Positions 10,086 to 19,958 of a stretch of 64,000 nt of DNA are shown one piece after another. Source of the DNA: Thermoplasmata archaeon. Its GTDB lineage: Archaea; Thermoplasmatota; Thermoplasmata; Thermoplasmatales; GCA-001856825. The stretch spans positions 96,001 to 160,000 of the forward strand of contig JAJYUZ010000002.1 of assembly GCA_021792255.1 (NCBI GenBank), read 5' to 3'. Below the pieces are notes generated by a model. That model had not been told where the DNA came from. It searched no databases and saw only the letters and a program-made list of their open reading frames with translations. Numbering within the stretch: position 1 is the first letter of the stretch; each line of letters starts with the position of its first letter. The translations under genes and the position numbers were made by a program.

Positions 10086-10508
10086 ATGCCAAGAATAGGA
10101 CTTGTGGTCTCGGACTTCAATTATGATATCACCTATCTGATGCAAAAGAAGGCAGAGGAGCAATCTGATCTCCTAGGGATTGAGCACGAGGCGATCAGAG
10201 TCCCGGGTGTCTTCGATATGCCCCTAGCAGTCAAGATGCTTCTGAAGAAGAAAAACATCGATGGTGTCGCATTGCTGGGCGCGGTCATTAAAGGGGAGAC
10301 GAAGCACGATGACCTAGTAATTAATCAGTCAGTTAGGAAAATTGTGGATCTTTCAAACGAATACGAAAAGCCCGTGACGATAGGAATAATCGGACCTGGG
10401 GCTGAGCACGATCAGGCCGTGGCTAGAATTGAAGAATACTCTTCAAGGGCCGTCGAATCTCTGGCAAAACTGTTCAAAGCATTAAGAAAAGTCAACCTTG
10501 AACGTTAG
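10086..10508 (+). CDS. ribH: 6,7-dimethyl-8-ribityllumazine synthase
   Basis: [31 protein letters not shown]. Confidence 0.92.
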   Translation: MPRIGLVVSDFNYDITYLMQKKAEEQSDLLGIEHEAIRVPGVFDMPLAVKMLLKKKNIDGVALLGAVIKGETKHDDLVINQSVRKIVDLSNEYEKPVTIGIIGPGAEHDQAVARIEEYSSRAVESLAKLFKALRKVNLER

Positions 10509-10549
10509 AGGAAGCCAACATTTTTTTAACCCAAGGCTATCATAACAAA

Positions 10550-13102
10550 ATGCCGTACGACTTCAAGGAAAGCGAAAGAAAATGGAGCACCTTCTGGAAT
10601 GAAGAGAGAATATTCCAGTACGATTTCAACTCCGCAAAACCCACATACAGCATAGACACTCCCCCTCGGTACGCATCGGGGAAGATGCACATCGGGCACG
10701 CATTCCATTACTCGCACATAGACATGGTCGCGAAGTATCACCGGATTAAGGGAGAAGAGGTATTCTTTCCCCTCTGTTTTGACGTCAACGGAATGCCCAT
10801 AGAGGTCAATGTGGAAAAAAAATACGGCATCAAAATGAGAGAATACGACAGGCAGAAATTTGTGAAGCTTTGCGAAGAGTTCGCGGAAGGAAATATTCAG
10901 GCCATGATAGGCCAGTTCAATTCCCTCGGAATCACAGCGGATCCCTCCCTGTACTTCAAGACAGACTCAGAGATGTACAGGAAATACACCCAGATATCCT
11001 TCATAAGGTTGTTTGGAAAAGGACTGGCATATAAGGGGAAGCATCCAGTCAACTGGTGTCCTCGCTGTGAGACTGCAATAGCAGAATCCGAGATAGTTTA
11101 CGAAGAAAGAGACGTATTCCTCAACGATATAAAATTCAAGGGAGATGGGTTTGAGCTCGTTATTTCGACTACAAGACCAGAACTCATTGCGGCCTGCGTT
11201 GCAATCGCCGTAAACCCAAAAGATGAACGCTACTCCCACTTGGTCGGAAAGGAGGTCAGAGTGCCACTCTTTGGCAAGACAGTGCCAATCATAACGGACG
11301 ACGAAGTTCTGATGGACTTTGGAACCGGTGCAGAGATGGTATGTTCAGTGGGAGACAAGGCAGACCTGAAAATGATATACAAGCATTCGTTACCATTTCT
11401 TAAGAACATCGACGAGCAGGGAAAGCTGACGGAAAATGCAGGAAAATACGAAGGTCTTTCAGTCAAGGAAGCTCAGAAAAAGATCGTTGAAGATTTGAAG
11501 ACATCTGGGGACTTTGTTTCAAATGTAAAGATCAAGCAGAACGTAGGCACCTGCTGGAGGTGTGGTACACCACTCGAATTTCTTCAAAAGGAACAGTGGT
11601 TCATTAAGTCTATTGATTTTAAGGACGATCTCAAGAAATGGGCGGAGAAACTTGAATGGCATCCTCAGTTCATGAAGAAGAGACTAGAAGACTGGATAGA
11701 CTCCCTCTCTTGGGACTGGGTAGTCTCTCGGCAAAGGTATTTTGCCACTCCAATACCAGTCTGGGAGTGCAAAAATGGTCATCAGGTCGTCGCAACGGAG
11801 GAACAATGTTACGTGGACCCTCTGGTTGACCCTCCGCCAACAAGTGAATGTCCTACCTGTCATCTACCCTTAAAGGGTTCAGAGGAGGTATTTGACACCT
11901 GGATGGACTCTTCAATTTCTGCCCTCTTCAACACTTATTATGTCAGAGACGAGAAGCTCTTTTCAAAGCTCTACCCTATGTCACTAAGACCCCAAGGACA
12001 GGACATCATCAGAACGTGGGCCTACTACAGCCTCCTTAGAGGCAATCTCCTTACTGGTGAGAATCCGTGGAAGAGCATTATGATAGATGGAAACATCATG
12101 GCTCCCGATGGACGCCCTATGCACGCGTCCTGGGGAAACGTAGTAGATCCAAATGTGCTGCTTGACAAGTACGGAGCAGATGCATTCAGGTATTTCACCG
12201 CTTCATGTTCACTCGGAGAGGATACAGCATTCAGGGAAAGAGATCTTGTGAGGGGACAGAGACTGATGAACAAGATCTTCAATCTCGTAAGTTTCCTGGA
12301 ATTTTACAGAGGAAAACAGACAGAAAAAGATGAGCTTAGGGCGGTCGATCACTGGATTCTGAAACAGATGGACAGTACGATCGAACAGGTGAAGTCCGCG
12401 ATGGACAATTTTGAATTCGATCGTGCGATCAGGCTCGCCGAGACTTTCATCTGGCACGATCTGGCAGACAACTATGTTGAGATTATAAAACACAGAATCA
12501 GTGGATTTAGAACGTACGAAACAATCTATAGAGTACTGCTTTCGTCTATGATCATGATAGCTCCGATTTTCCCCTTCATCTCTGAAGATTCATATCAGAG
12601 GTTGTTCAGATCCACAGAGGGAAAGAGGAGTGTTTTTGATTTTCAATTTCAAAACAGGATTCCGTACGATGAGAAAGAAGCCCATAATGGCGGAATTACT
12701 GCAGAAGTGATCTCTATGATGAGAGATCTAAAGGTGAAGGAAAAAATCTCCCTCTCGGAAGAGATAAGAGGGGCATCAATATTTGCTTCTTCCGAAATTC
12801 TAGTCGACGACGAAGACGTCAAAGGAACGATCCGTGCTCAAATACTCTCGTACGAAAAAGGGCAAATAGATGAGGAGATAACTTCATTGAAGCTCACTCC
12901 AGACTTATATTCGGTTCTCAGGGATAGAGCTGAAGCTTTCCTGAAGACCTTAAAGGAGAACACGGCACTGCTTGGTAACGATACGATAGAATTCGAGGGT
13001 AGGAAGATAAAGGCCAGCGAGGTGCTGGCAACGAAATCTTACTCAATTCAAGGAACGAAGGTAAATTGCGGAAAGGGATTCTGCGTATCGATAACGAAAT
13101 GA
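10550..13102 (+). CDS. valS: Valyl-tRNA synthetase (archaeal type)
   Basis: DTPPRY..G.MHIGH, WCPRCETAIA, TTRPE, GTGA, DW.VSRQRYF, DTWMDSS, QGQDIIRTW. Confidence 0.93.
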   Translation: MPYDFKESERKWSTFWNEERIFQYDFNSAKPTYSIDTPPRYASGKMHIGHAFHYSHIDMVAKYHRIKGEEVFFPLCFDVNGMPIEVNVEKKYGIKMREYDRQKFVKLCEEFAEGNIQAMIGQFNSLGITADPSLYFKTDSEMYRKYTQISFIRLFGKGLAYKGKHPVNWCPRCETAIAESEIVYEERDVFLNDIKFKGDGFELVISTTRPELIAACVAIAVNPKDERYSHLVGKEVRVPLFGKTVPIITDDEVLMDFGTGAEMVCSVGDKADLKMIYKHSLPFLKNIDEQGKLTENAGKYEGLSVKEAQKKIVEDLKTSGDFVSNVKIKQNVGTCWRCGTPLEFLQKEQWFIKSIDFKDDLKKWAEKLEWHPQFMKKRLEDWIDSLSWDWVVSRQRYFATPIPVWECKNGHQVVATEEQCYVDPLVDPPPTSECPTCHLPLKGSEEVFDTWMDSSISALFNTYYVRDEKLFSKLYPMSLRPQGQDIIRTWAYYSLLRGNLLTGENPWKSIMIDGNIMAPDGRPMHASWGNVVDPNVLLDKYGADAFRYFTASCSLGEDTAFRERDLVRGQRLMNKIFNLVSFLEFYRGKQTEKDELRAVDHWILKQMDSTIEQVKSAMDNFEFDRAIRLAETFIWHDLADNYVEIIKHRISGFRTYETIYRVLLSSMIMIAPIFPFISEDSYQRLFRSTEGKRSVFDFQFQNRIPYDEKEAHNGGITAEVISMMRDLKVKEKISLSEEIRGASIFASSEILVDDEDVKGTIRAQILSYEKGQIDEEITSLKLTPDLYSVLRDRAEAFLKTLKENTALLGNDTIEFEGRKIKASEVLATKSYSIQGTKVNCGKGFCVSITK

Positions 13103-13136
13103 CAAATGATTTATTTAAAAAAAGAGTATCTATACA

Positions 13137-13511
13137 GTGGTAAGAAGACCCAGCGATGCCGAGCTCATATTCAACGTTCTGAACATCCTTAGGAAGAACG
13201 GAGAGATAGTTGGTGAAGTCAAATTCCTTGATTTCTTGAAGAGCAGGAATGTAGGGGCATCGCCCAAGAGATTCAGGAAGATAATTTACGAGATTCCAGA
13301 GATCGAGGTATCAGTAAAGTACTCCAGGAAGAAGTTCGATTATCTGGACGATTGTCCGGTCTGCAGTTCTAAATTGACCAGGATCAGAAGCGTCAACTTG
13401 GAAGGGAAGAGAAAAATCATCGGGTACAAGTGCGGCACATGTAGATACGACTCAACAAGTGACGGGAAACCATATATATATGCGTTCAGATTAAAGAACC
13501 ATGATCTCTGA
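13137..13511 (+). CDS. Conserved hypothetical protein with C-terminal Zn ribbon
   Basis: CPVC...CGTC; TATA-like tttatttaaa about 25 nt upstream; overlaps the next gene. Confidence 0.7.
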   Translation: MVRRPSDAELIFNVLNILRKNGEIVGEVKFLDFLKSRNVGASPKRFRKIIYEIPEIEVSVKYSRKKFDYLDDCPVCSSKLTRIRSVNLEGKRKIIGYKCGTCRYDSTSDGKPYIYAFRLKNHDL

Positions 13512-13917
13512 CATAGAAAAAAATTACATCGTAGTCAAGCTGGAAAAAGGAGAGGATGTTGGGGAATCGTTGATACAAGTTCTGGACGACTATGGGATAT
13601 ACTCTGGGCTTATTGAATTTGGAATTGGAATGATCCGTGATCTGGAAGTAGGTTACTGGAACGGCAAGGAGTACGAAAAGTCCAAAATACCAATGCCCGG
13701 AGAAGTGGTGTCGTTTCACGGCAGCATTTCGTCCAACGATCCCAGACTCCATATCCACGTGTCGGTCGCTATCAAGGATCACTCTGTCAGAGGAGGTCAC
13801 TTCTTTTCAGGCATTGCTGATCCGCTGATGGAGATACACATACTTAGATTGGAAGAGATCGTGTTAAAGAGAGAACTGAACACAATATCGGGTCTTAAAG
13901 AGTTGACGTTTGACTGA
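13501..13917 (+). CDS. PPC/DUF296 domain protein
   Basis: VKLEKGED, GIG, E.VSFHGSI, HIHV, GGH. Confidence 0.85.
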   Translation: MISDIEKNYIVVKLEKGEDVGESLIQVLDDYGIYSGLIEFGIGMIRDLEVGYWNGKEYEKSKIPMPGEVVSFHGSISSNDPRLHIHVSVAIKDHSVRGGHFFSGIADPLMEIHILRLEEIVLKRELNTISGLKELTFD

Positions 13918-14048
13918 AAACGGGCCCATTTCGGACCCAATTAAGAGAATCATTTGTTCCCCAAATGTTCCTTGTGGTCATTTAGAAATGAGCTAATCTA
14001 ACCAATCTTAGAAACCATAAATAGATGTATTCGATGATGAAATAAACT

Positions 14049-14555
14049 ATGAAAATTGACCTGAGAATCCCATTGTGGATATCCATCATTGGTTATCTGC
14101 TCTTTTTTGTTATGATAGTCGGATTCACGGTATTCCTCCCTTGGATTGTTCCCGTATCTCTGATAGTCGGAGCTGTCATCGTGGGTCTGATCGCGTGGGG
14201 GATCCACAAAAGGATCCTGCGTTGGCCCATCGCAATAGTCATAGGCGTAATTGCCTTGATTTTCTTCTTTCTAGCATTCAGAGGCTTCATCGTCCTGGTC
14301 GAAACTCAGGTCCTCGGAAAGATTTTCCTCCTCTCTGGCCTAATAGGACTTGTAATTATCTTTCTGGGCAGGAAGAACAGGGAGATTCAGGAATTCGAGA
14401 AGTTCATAGGATTTGAGACTCCCCTTAAAAGACTCAGCAAAAATAGTAAATATCTTGCTAATAGGGTCATTGATCCCCAAAAAATTTGGTCAAACATATA
14501 TCATCCCAAACCAAAAAGTGTGCTTACAAGAAAAAAGAGAAGGTTTAGGCTATAG
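14049..14555 (+). CDS. Hypothetical membrane protein (about 4 TM) with basic C-tail
   Basis: ATG-initiated 168-aa ORF with hydrophobic helices. Confidence 0.6.
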   Translation: MKIDLRIPLWISIIGYLLFFVMIVGFTVFLPWIVPVSLIVGAVIVGLIAWGIHKRILRWPIAIVIGVIALIFFFLAFRGFIVLVETQVLGKIFLLSGLIGLVIIFLGRKNREIQEFEKFIGFETPLKRLSKNSKYLANRVIDPQKIWSNIYHPKPKSVLTRKKRRFRL

Positions 14556-14582
14556 GCATCCTTTGCTTATCCTCCTGGAAGT

Positions 14583-15158
14583 TTAGCTTGAGAAGAGCTT
14601 TTTTATTCTATCTGTCAGTAAGAGGGTCCCGATCGAAAGCACTTTCTCATTCTCAACATCGATCGCAGTCATGGACGCCAGTTTTATGTCGATTCCGTAA
14701 CTTTCCCGCTCGTTCAGTCCCAGGAAACTAGCCGTAAGGACTCTGATGGGAAGCGCGTGACTGACGAAGATGTAGCAACCATCGTAATCATTGAGCGCAC
14801 TTCTCATCCGTTTGAGCTGAGAGTCCCACGTTTCCATCCCCAGGTCTTCTCTGTTGAGCTTGGGCACCTCGTCGACTTTGTATCCATTGTATGGACCGAG
14901 TCCTGACTCTCTGATCTTGTTGTTTTCAGTAACCTTCAGACCCACTACCTCCCCGACGGTTCTCGCAGTCTGTTTTGTTCTCAGCAATGGACTGCAGACA
15001 ATTCCATTAAATCTCAGTCCCTTTAACTGTTCGGCAGAAAAGAGAATCTGCTCAACGCCTCTCTCTGTTAGGGGATACTGGTTCATGTCCTCTGAAATTA
15101 TGCTGTTGACGTTGGCAAAACTTTCTCCGTGCCTCATCAAAATCATTTTTTTTATCAA
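14583..15158 (-). CDS. Histidine phosphatase / cofactor-dependent phosphoglycerate mutase family
   Basis: RHGES, LTERG, SPLLRT.QTA, VSHA. Confidence 0.85.
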   Translation of the reverse strand: MIKKMILMRHGESFANVNSIISEDMNQYPLTERGVEQILFSAEQLKGLRFNGIVCSPLLRTKQTARTVGEVVGLKVTENNKIRESGLGPYNGYKVDEVPKLNREDLGMETWDSQLKRMRSALNDYDGCYIFVSHALPIRVLTASFLGLNERESYGIDIKLASMTAIDVENEKVLSIGTLLLTDRIKKLFSS

Positions 15159-15513
15159 ATAAATCTACCAATCACTAATCTAACAATTTAATAAAATTTT
15201 CCTTCCACTGGGCTTTGTCATCTAGTTATCAATACAAACCACAAAATTCGTCTCGAAAATCTTGGTCTTTGCAGGTGAGAGAGAGTCGATAAAAATTAGC
15301 TCCTTATGTCCTAGAGCCGTAATACTGGGAAAAAGTTGAGGATCCATCGAGCATTAGATCGTACTGATATTCGTATGGTGAATTCCTCAAAAAGTGTCGT
15401 TTGTAAAAACTACAACCTGCCACCCTTCTACGACTCGTGATAGTGATAAAAGAGAGATGAAGAATAATCAAGAATGAAGAAAATAATTCAATCCTTCATG
15501 CCTATGACAAAGA

Positions 15514-16044
15514 TCATTGAGCGAAGTAGCTGTAATTGACAATGATGTGTGCGATTCCTGTTACAGGACTGGAGGATGTGGATGCAACACAGAAGAGGTA
15601 GTTGCCTGGAGGAAGGGAAAGCGATATGGTAGCGTTGCTCACGGGTCCTAGGAAGTAGATGCTCCAGTTCTTGTCATCTGAAATGTTGTTCGAAATTCGC
15701 GAGGGAAAACTATGTGTCGACCACAAGATGAAGAAATATACGGGCCCGTCGTATGACAAAGGACCATACACGTGCGCGGGCCATGATAGACTTACTGGAA
15801 TACCAACTATATCTCCATTTTCGAATGGTCCGCGTAATAATGAAGTGTTGAGTGATTGTATGTAATACTGTGGATAAGTATAGTGAGGTTCAGACGCTAA
15901 TATGGTTTTGTAATCGCTGTAGAAAAGACCTGCAAGGAAGGATGTTGAAGCTAAGGCTATAACTAAGACTAATGTTACAATACTGAATATTGTTTTCCTA
16001 CTCTTTTTGACATCTGAGCTTCCCGAATGCATCATATTGTACAT
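15514..16044 (-). CDS. Hypothetical membrane-anchored extracellular protein
   Basis: Single N-terminal TM helix followed by a Tyr/Ser/Pro-rich beta domain (LPPGNY) with N-x-S/T sequons. Confidence 0.6.
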   Translation of the reverse strand: MYNMMHSGSSDVKKSRKTIFSIVTLVLVIALASTSFLAGLFYSDYKTILASEPHYTYPQYYIQSLNTSLLRGPFENGDIVGIPVSLSWPAHVYGPLSYDGPVYFFILWSTHSFPSRISNNISDDKNWSIYFLGPVSNATISLSLPPGNYLFCVASTSSSPVTGIAHIIVNYSYFAQ

Positions 16045-16081
16045 GACCTGCTTTTAGTTTAATTTTTCTAAACCCCAGTTT

Positions 16082-16987
16082 TCAAAGATTTTTGGGAGAT
16101 CGTCCAAAATTTGACCTGAAATGATCGTAACCGGTAGCTATTCCAGATTTTCCATTTAGGTCAGCAATGCCTTTCCCTTTCAAGACCCTACCCACCAATG
16201 GATATCCCATAAGTCTATCGGGTGAAGTGAAAAGCAACTCGTAGTCTCCTCCAGTGGAAAATATGGAAACTCTTTCCTTCTCGCTTCTTGAATCTTTAGA
16301 GATATCGTGTTCTATCTTTATCTTGACTCTGCTCATACTAGACAGAATGTTGAGGGACTTGTAAACTCCATCTGAGTTGTCTATGCAAGAGGTAACTCTA
16401 GACTTGCTGAGAGAGTTGTGTAAATCCAGTCTAGGATTTATTTCAAGAATTTCCCTGAATTTTCCTCTCTCACCTTTATGATAATCGAGAATCGCACGTT
16501 CGTTCTTTCCGATCGTGGATGAGATATAAACGAAATCGCCTGGCTTGGCTCCGCTTCTTCTAAACTCCTTCCCCTTTTTCACCTCGCCTAAAACTAGGCC
16601 AGTCAATGAGATTTTCTTAGATTCTTTCAAGTCCCCCCCAGAAAATTTTGTGTCAAACCTACCAAGCTCGTCTCTTATTCCCATGACAAGCTGTTCTGCC
16701 CATTTTTCGTCTAGTGTTCTGGGGAAAGAAAAAGATACCATCATTTCGAGTGGTTTTCCATTCTTGGAGGCAATATCGCTCAGGTTGATGTCGACTAAGA
16801 ACTTCCCTACTAGTTTTGGGTCCCACCACTTTTCGAAATGAAATCCTTCGTTTATCGTATCCATTGCGAGCAACATATATCTCTTGCCAAGGTCAAAGAA
16901 ATGCACGTCTTCGTCCTCGTTCTTCTCTTCGAAAATTTTCCATATTTTGTCTATGAGTTTTCTTTCTCCTATGTCTTTTATCTCCAT
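16082..16987 (-). CDS. thiL: Thiamine-monophosphate kinase
   Basis: GERKLI, D...EGFHF, NLSDIAS..G, GGDL, RSGAKPGD, DNSDG, GGDYELLFT. Confidence 0.9.
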   Translation of the reverse strand: MEIKDIGERKLIDKIWKIFEEKNEDEDVHFFDLGKRYMLLAMDTINEGFHFEKWWDPKLVGKFLVDINLSDIASKNGKPLEMMVSFSFPRTLDEKWAEQLVMGIRDELGRFDTKFSGGDLKESKKISLTGLVLGEVKKGKEFRRSGAKPGDFVYISSTIGKNERAILDYHKGERGKFREILEINPRLDLHNSLSKSRVTSCIDNSDGVYKSLNILSSMSRVKIKIEHDISKDSRSEKERVSIFSTGGDYELLFTSPDRLMGYPLVGRVLKGKGIADLNGKSGIATGYDHFRSNFGRSPKNL

Positions 16988-17027
16988 CGCAAAGATAATT
17001 AGATGTAGTTAAATAAATTATCAACAG

Positions 17028-17738
17028 ATGGACGAGATCGAGGTCGAAAACAGCATATTCTTTACCAGATACGGGGCGGCATTTCTCGAAGACATATCAG
17101 CTGTTGTCGTTTCTGACGTCCACCTCGGATATGAAGACGTCCTAGCAATGAATGGCATATTTATACCGAGAGTCCAGTCACAAATGATTTACGACACCGT
17201 CGATCTTATAATTAAAAGGTACAAACCTGAAAAATTCATCATAGATGGGGATCTGAAGCACGAATTTTCAAGGAACACTTCTCAAGAGTGGAATGATGTA
17301 TACGAACTACTGAAGCGAATTAGCATGAAAGCAGAACCAATAATAGTAAAGGGGAACCACGATAACTATGTTGCAAACATCGCTTCAAAACTGAATCTAA
17401 AGACATACGATATCTATCGCGAAGGAAGATATACGTTCCATCACGGACACAAAGAATTCAAATGGAACGATGTTGCTATAATAGGAAACGAACATCCGGC
17501 GGTTGGACTGAGAGACTCAGTGGATTCGGTCTTGAAATTACACTGCTTCCTGTACTTCAAGAAGGAGAGATTGATCGTTCTACCAGCAATGTCAATCTAT
17601 GCAGGAGGCTCCGACATCCTGAAGAATGAAATCTCATCGCCGGTTCTCAAAAAAGTCGAACTCAACGATGGAAGGGTTTACGGACTCTGGGAGGCATACG
17701 GAACCATTGATCTGGGAAACGTAGGTGGGTTGCTTTGA
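17028..17738 (+). CDS. Calcineurin-like metallophosphoesterase
   Basis: SDVHLGYE, GDLKH, GNHD, HGH, GNEHP. Confidence 0.85.
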   Translation: MDEIEVENSIFFTRYGAAFLEDISAVVVSDVHLGYEDVLAMNGIFIPRVQSQMIYDTVDLIIKRYKPEKFIIDGDLKHEFSRNTSQEWNDVYELLKRISMKAEPIIVKGNHDNYVANIASKLNLKTYDIYREGRYTFHHGHKEFKWNDVAIIGNEHPAVGLRDSVDSVLKLHCFLYFKKERLIVLPAMSIYAGGSDILKNEISSPVLKKVELNDGRVYGLWEAYGTIDLGNVGGLL

Positions 17739-18460
17739 TCGGGTTTGTATCTGCCGGTTTTAATCCACCGTCGAGTTTCACGAAAGAAGAACTTGACTAT
17801 CTTGAAAGTTCGGAACTGATTTTGGTTGACACTTATACATCGCCGAACTATCTCAAAGAATTCGGGGGGAAAAAACTGACTTTCGTAGGTCGAGAGAAGC
17901 TGGAGAATTTCGAATGGATTTTAAACGAAAAGAGGGACATCTCGATAATCATTCCGGGAGATTCGTTTTCTGCAACGACGCACTTCACGATTTACAAGGA
18001 GGCAATACTAAGAGGGCTCGCAGTCAGAGTTTTTTACAACTCATCCATTTTTCCAATTGCAGCGACTAGATTGGGTCTGCATCTCTACAAGATAGGGCCT
18101 CCCGTTTCCCTGCCACGATTCAAGGACAGATTCAGACCTATCTCTCCATACGAGAAGATGCTTGAGAATTTCAAGAGTGGCCTGCATACAATCCTGCTTC
18201 TCGATACAGAACCACCGCTGGAGCTGCACGATGCTCTTGAAGAACTTTTCTGGATGGAGTCAGAATTGAAGGGAGCCTTATTCGGTCCTGACAGAGAAGT
18301 GGGGGTAGTGAGCGGTCTAGGAACTCCGGATGAGAAAGTGATCTATGGGAAATTAGAAACTCTTAAAGAATGGAAGAATGGAAAAGTACCTTTCACGATC
18401 GTTGTGCCCGCGAAGCTACATTTTCAAGAGAAGGAAGCACTCGATTTATTCAGGATATAG
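17735..18460 (+). CDS. dph5: Diphthine synthase
   Basis: D.YTS, R..LE, GD.FSATTH, GLHLYKIG..VSLP, GLHTILLLD, LHF.E.EAL. Confidence 0.85.
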   Translation: MIGFVSAGFNPPSSFTKEELDYLESSELILVDTYTSPNYLKEFGGKKLTFVGREKLENFEWILNEKRDISIIIPGDSFSATTHFTIYKEAILRGLAVRVFYNSSIFPIAATRLGLHLYKIGPPVSLPRFKDRFRPISPYEKMLENFKSGLHTILLLDTEPPLELHDALEELFWMESELKGALFGPDREVGVVSGLGTPDEKVIYGKLETLKEWKNGKVPFTIVVPAKLHFQEKEALDLFRI

Positions 18461-18465
18461 TCGGC

Positions 18466-18479
18466 TTTTTTCTCTTTTT
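18466..18479 (+). terminator. Probable oligo-T archaeal terminator after dph5
   Basis: tttttttctcttttt-like T-rich run 5 nt after the stop codon. Confidence 0.4.
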
Positions 18480-18537
18480 GGTAATCTCATAAAGATTTAT
18501 TACTGCGTTGCCATATACGGAGAAAGTAGGTGAAAAG

Positions 18538-19248
18538 ATGCAATCAGCACAAATGGCGTATGATAGGGCTATCACGGTATTCTCACCAGACGGTAGGTTG
18601 TTCCAAGTAGAATATGCGAGGGAAGCCGTCAAGCGAGGTACGACAGCAATCGGTATTGTGTTTGAGGATGGAGCCATTTTAATGGCGGACAAGAGAATAA
18701 AGAGCGGCCTCATCGAGGAGAAAAGTATAGAGAAGATATTTACAATCGACGGTCACATAGGTGCAGCCTCATCTGGTCTGATCGGCGATGCCAGGATATT
18801 GATAGATCACGCAAGACTCCAAGCTCAATCTGAGAAAGTCACTTATGGACAGGATATAATAGTAGAGTCTTTGGTTAAGAAGGTCTGTGATTTGCTACAG
18901 CAATACACACAGTATGGGGGGGTAAGACCCTTCGGTGCTTCTCTCCTGATCACCGGGATCGACGAGACAGGTATCACTCTTTTCGAAACGGATCCCTCTG
19001 GTCTTTCCACTGGCTATAAGGCAGACGCTATCGGGTACGGAAGGGACGCAGCAGTAGAGCTCCTTGAGAAGGAGTACAAGGACAAAATGCAAATGAAGGA
19101 TGCTGTAGAGCTCGGCATTAGAGCCCTCAAGGCAGGACTAGAACAGGGACAGGGATTGGGAATGGTAAGCGTTGGTGTGATAACCAAGGGCCAAAAGTTC
19201 AGGATTCTATCTCTGGAGGAAACAGACAAGTTAATAGGCGCCAAGTGA
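18538..19248 (+). CDS. psmA: Proteasome alpha subunit
   Basis: YDRAITVFSPDGRLFQVEYAREAV; AGGTGA Shine-Dalgarno before ATG 18538. Confidence 0.97.
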   Translation: MQSAQMAYDRAITVFSPDGRLFQVEYAREAVKRGTTAIGIVFEDGAILMADKRIKSGLIEEKSIEKIFTIDGHIGAASSGLIGDARILIDHARLQAQSEKVTYGQDIIVESLVKKVCDLLQQYTQYGGVRPFGASLLITGIDETGITLFETDPSGLSTGYKADAIGYGRDAAVELLEKEYKDKMQMKDAVELGIRALKAGLEQGQGLGMVSVGVITKGQKFRILSLEETDKLIGAK

Positions 19249-19256
19249 GGAGTCTA

Positions 19257-19952
19257 ATGGTCAAAGTAGAGGACGCTCTTATTGCCAGGTACGAATCAAA
19301 GGGACACAGATTCGAAGTACTCGTAGACCAAAAATTAGTGGATTTAGTAAAATCAGGAAAGAACGTCAACGTTTCTGATTATATGGCAGCGGACGTAGTT
19401 TTCAAGGATAGCAGTAAGGGCGACAGGGCATCTGATGAAGTCATCAAGGAAGTATTCGGGACAGAAGACTTCCCAACTGTGGTCACAGAAATAGTAAAGA
19501 AGGGACAAGTGCAGCTGACCACAGATCAGAGAAGAAGAATGCTCGAGGAAAAAAGGAGACAGATCATCGAAATAATCTCAAGGGAATCTATGAACCCCCA
19601 GTCCGGAACGCCCCATCCTCCTCAGAGGATTGAGAAGGCAATGGAGGAAGCAAAAGTGAGGATCGATCCGTTCAAGAGCGCAGAGGAGCAGATAAACGAA
19701 GTTCTAAAGGCAATAAGAGTAATTCTTCCCATTAGGTTCGAGCACGTAAAAATGGAGATAGAGGTTCCAGGAACCGAATACGGAAAGATTTATGCAGAAA
19801 TGACCCACCTGGGACAAATCATAAAGGAAGATTGGAAGAACAACGGGAATTACAGCGCAGTATTGGAAATTCCTGCTGGAGTTCAGGATCAACTGTACGA
19901 TTTCCTGAACAAGAGAACGAAAGGCAACGTAGATATTAAATTGATAAAGTAG
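19257..19952 (+). CDS. Ribosome maturation factor SBDS/Sdo1
   Basis: G.RFEVLVD, QLTTDQRR, NPQ...PHPP.RIE; conserved position after psmA. Confidence 0.93.
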   Translation: MVKVEDALIARYESKGHRFEVLVDQKLVDLVKSGKNVNVSDYMAADVVFKDSSKGDRASDEVIKEVFGTEDFPTVVTEIVKKGQVQLTTDQRRRMLEEKRRQIIEIISRESMNPQSGTPHPPQRIEKAMEEAKVRIDPFKSAEEQINEVLKAIRVILPIRFEHVKMEIEVPGTEYGKIYAEMTHLGQIIKEDWKNNGNYSAVLEIPAGVQDQLYDFLNKRTKGNVDIKLIK

Positions 19953-19958
19953 AGGTGA

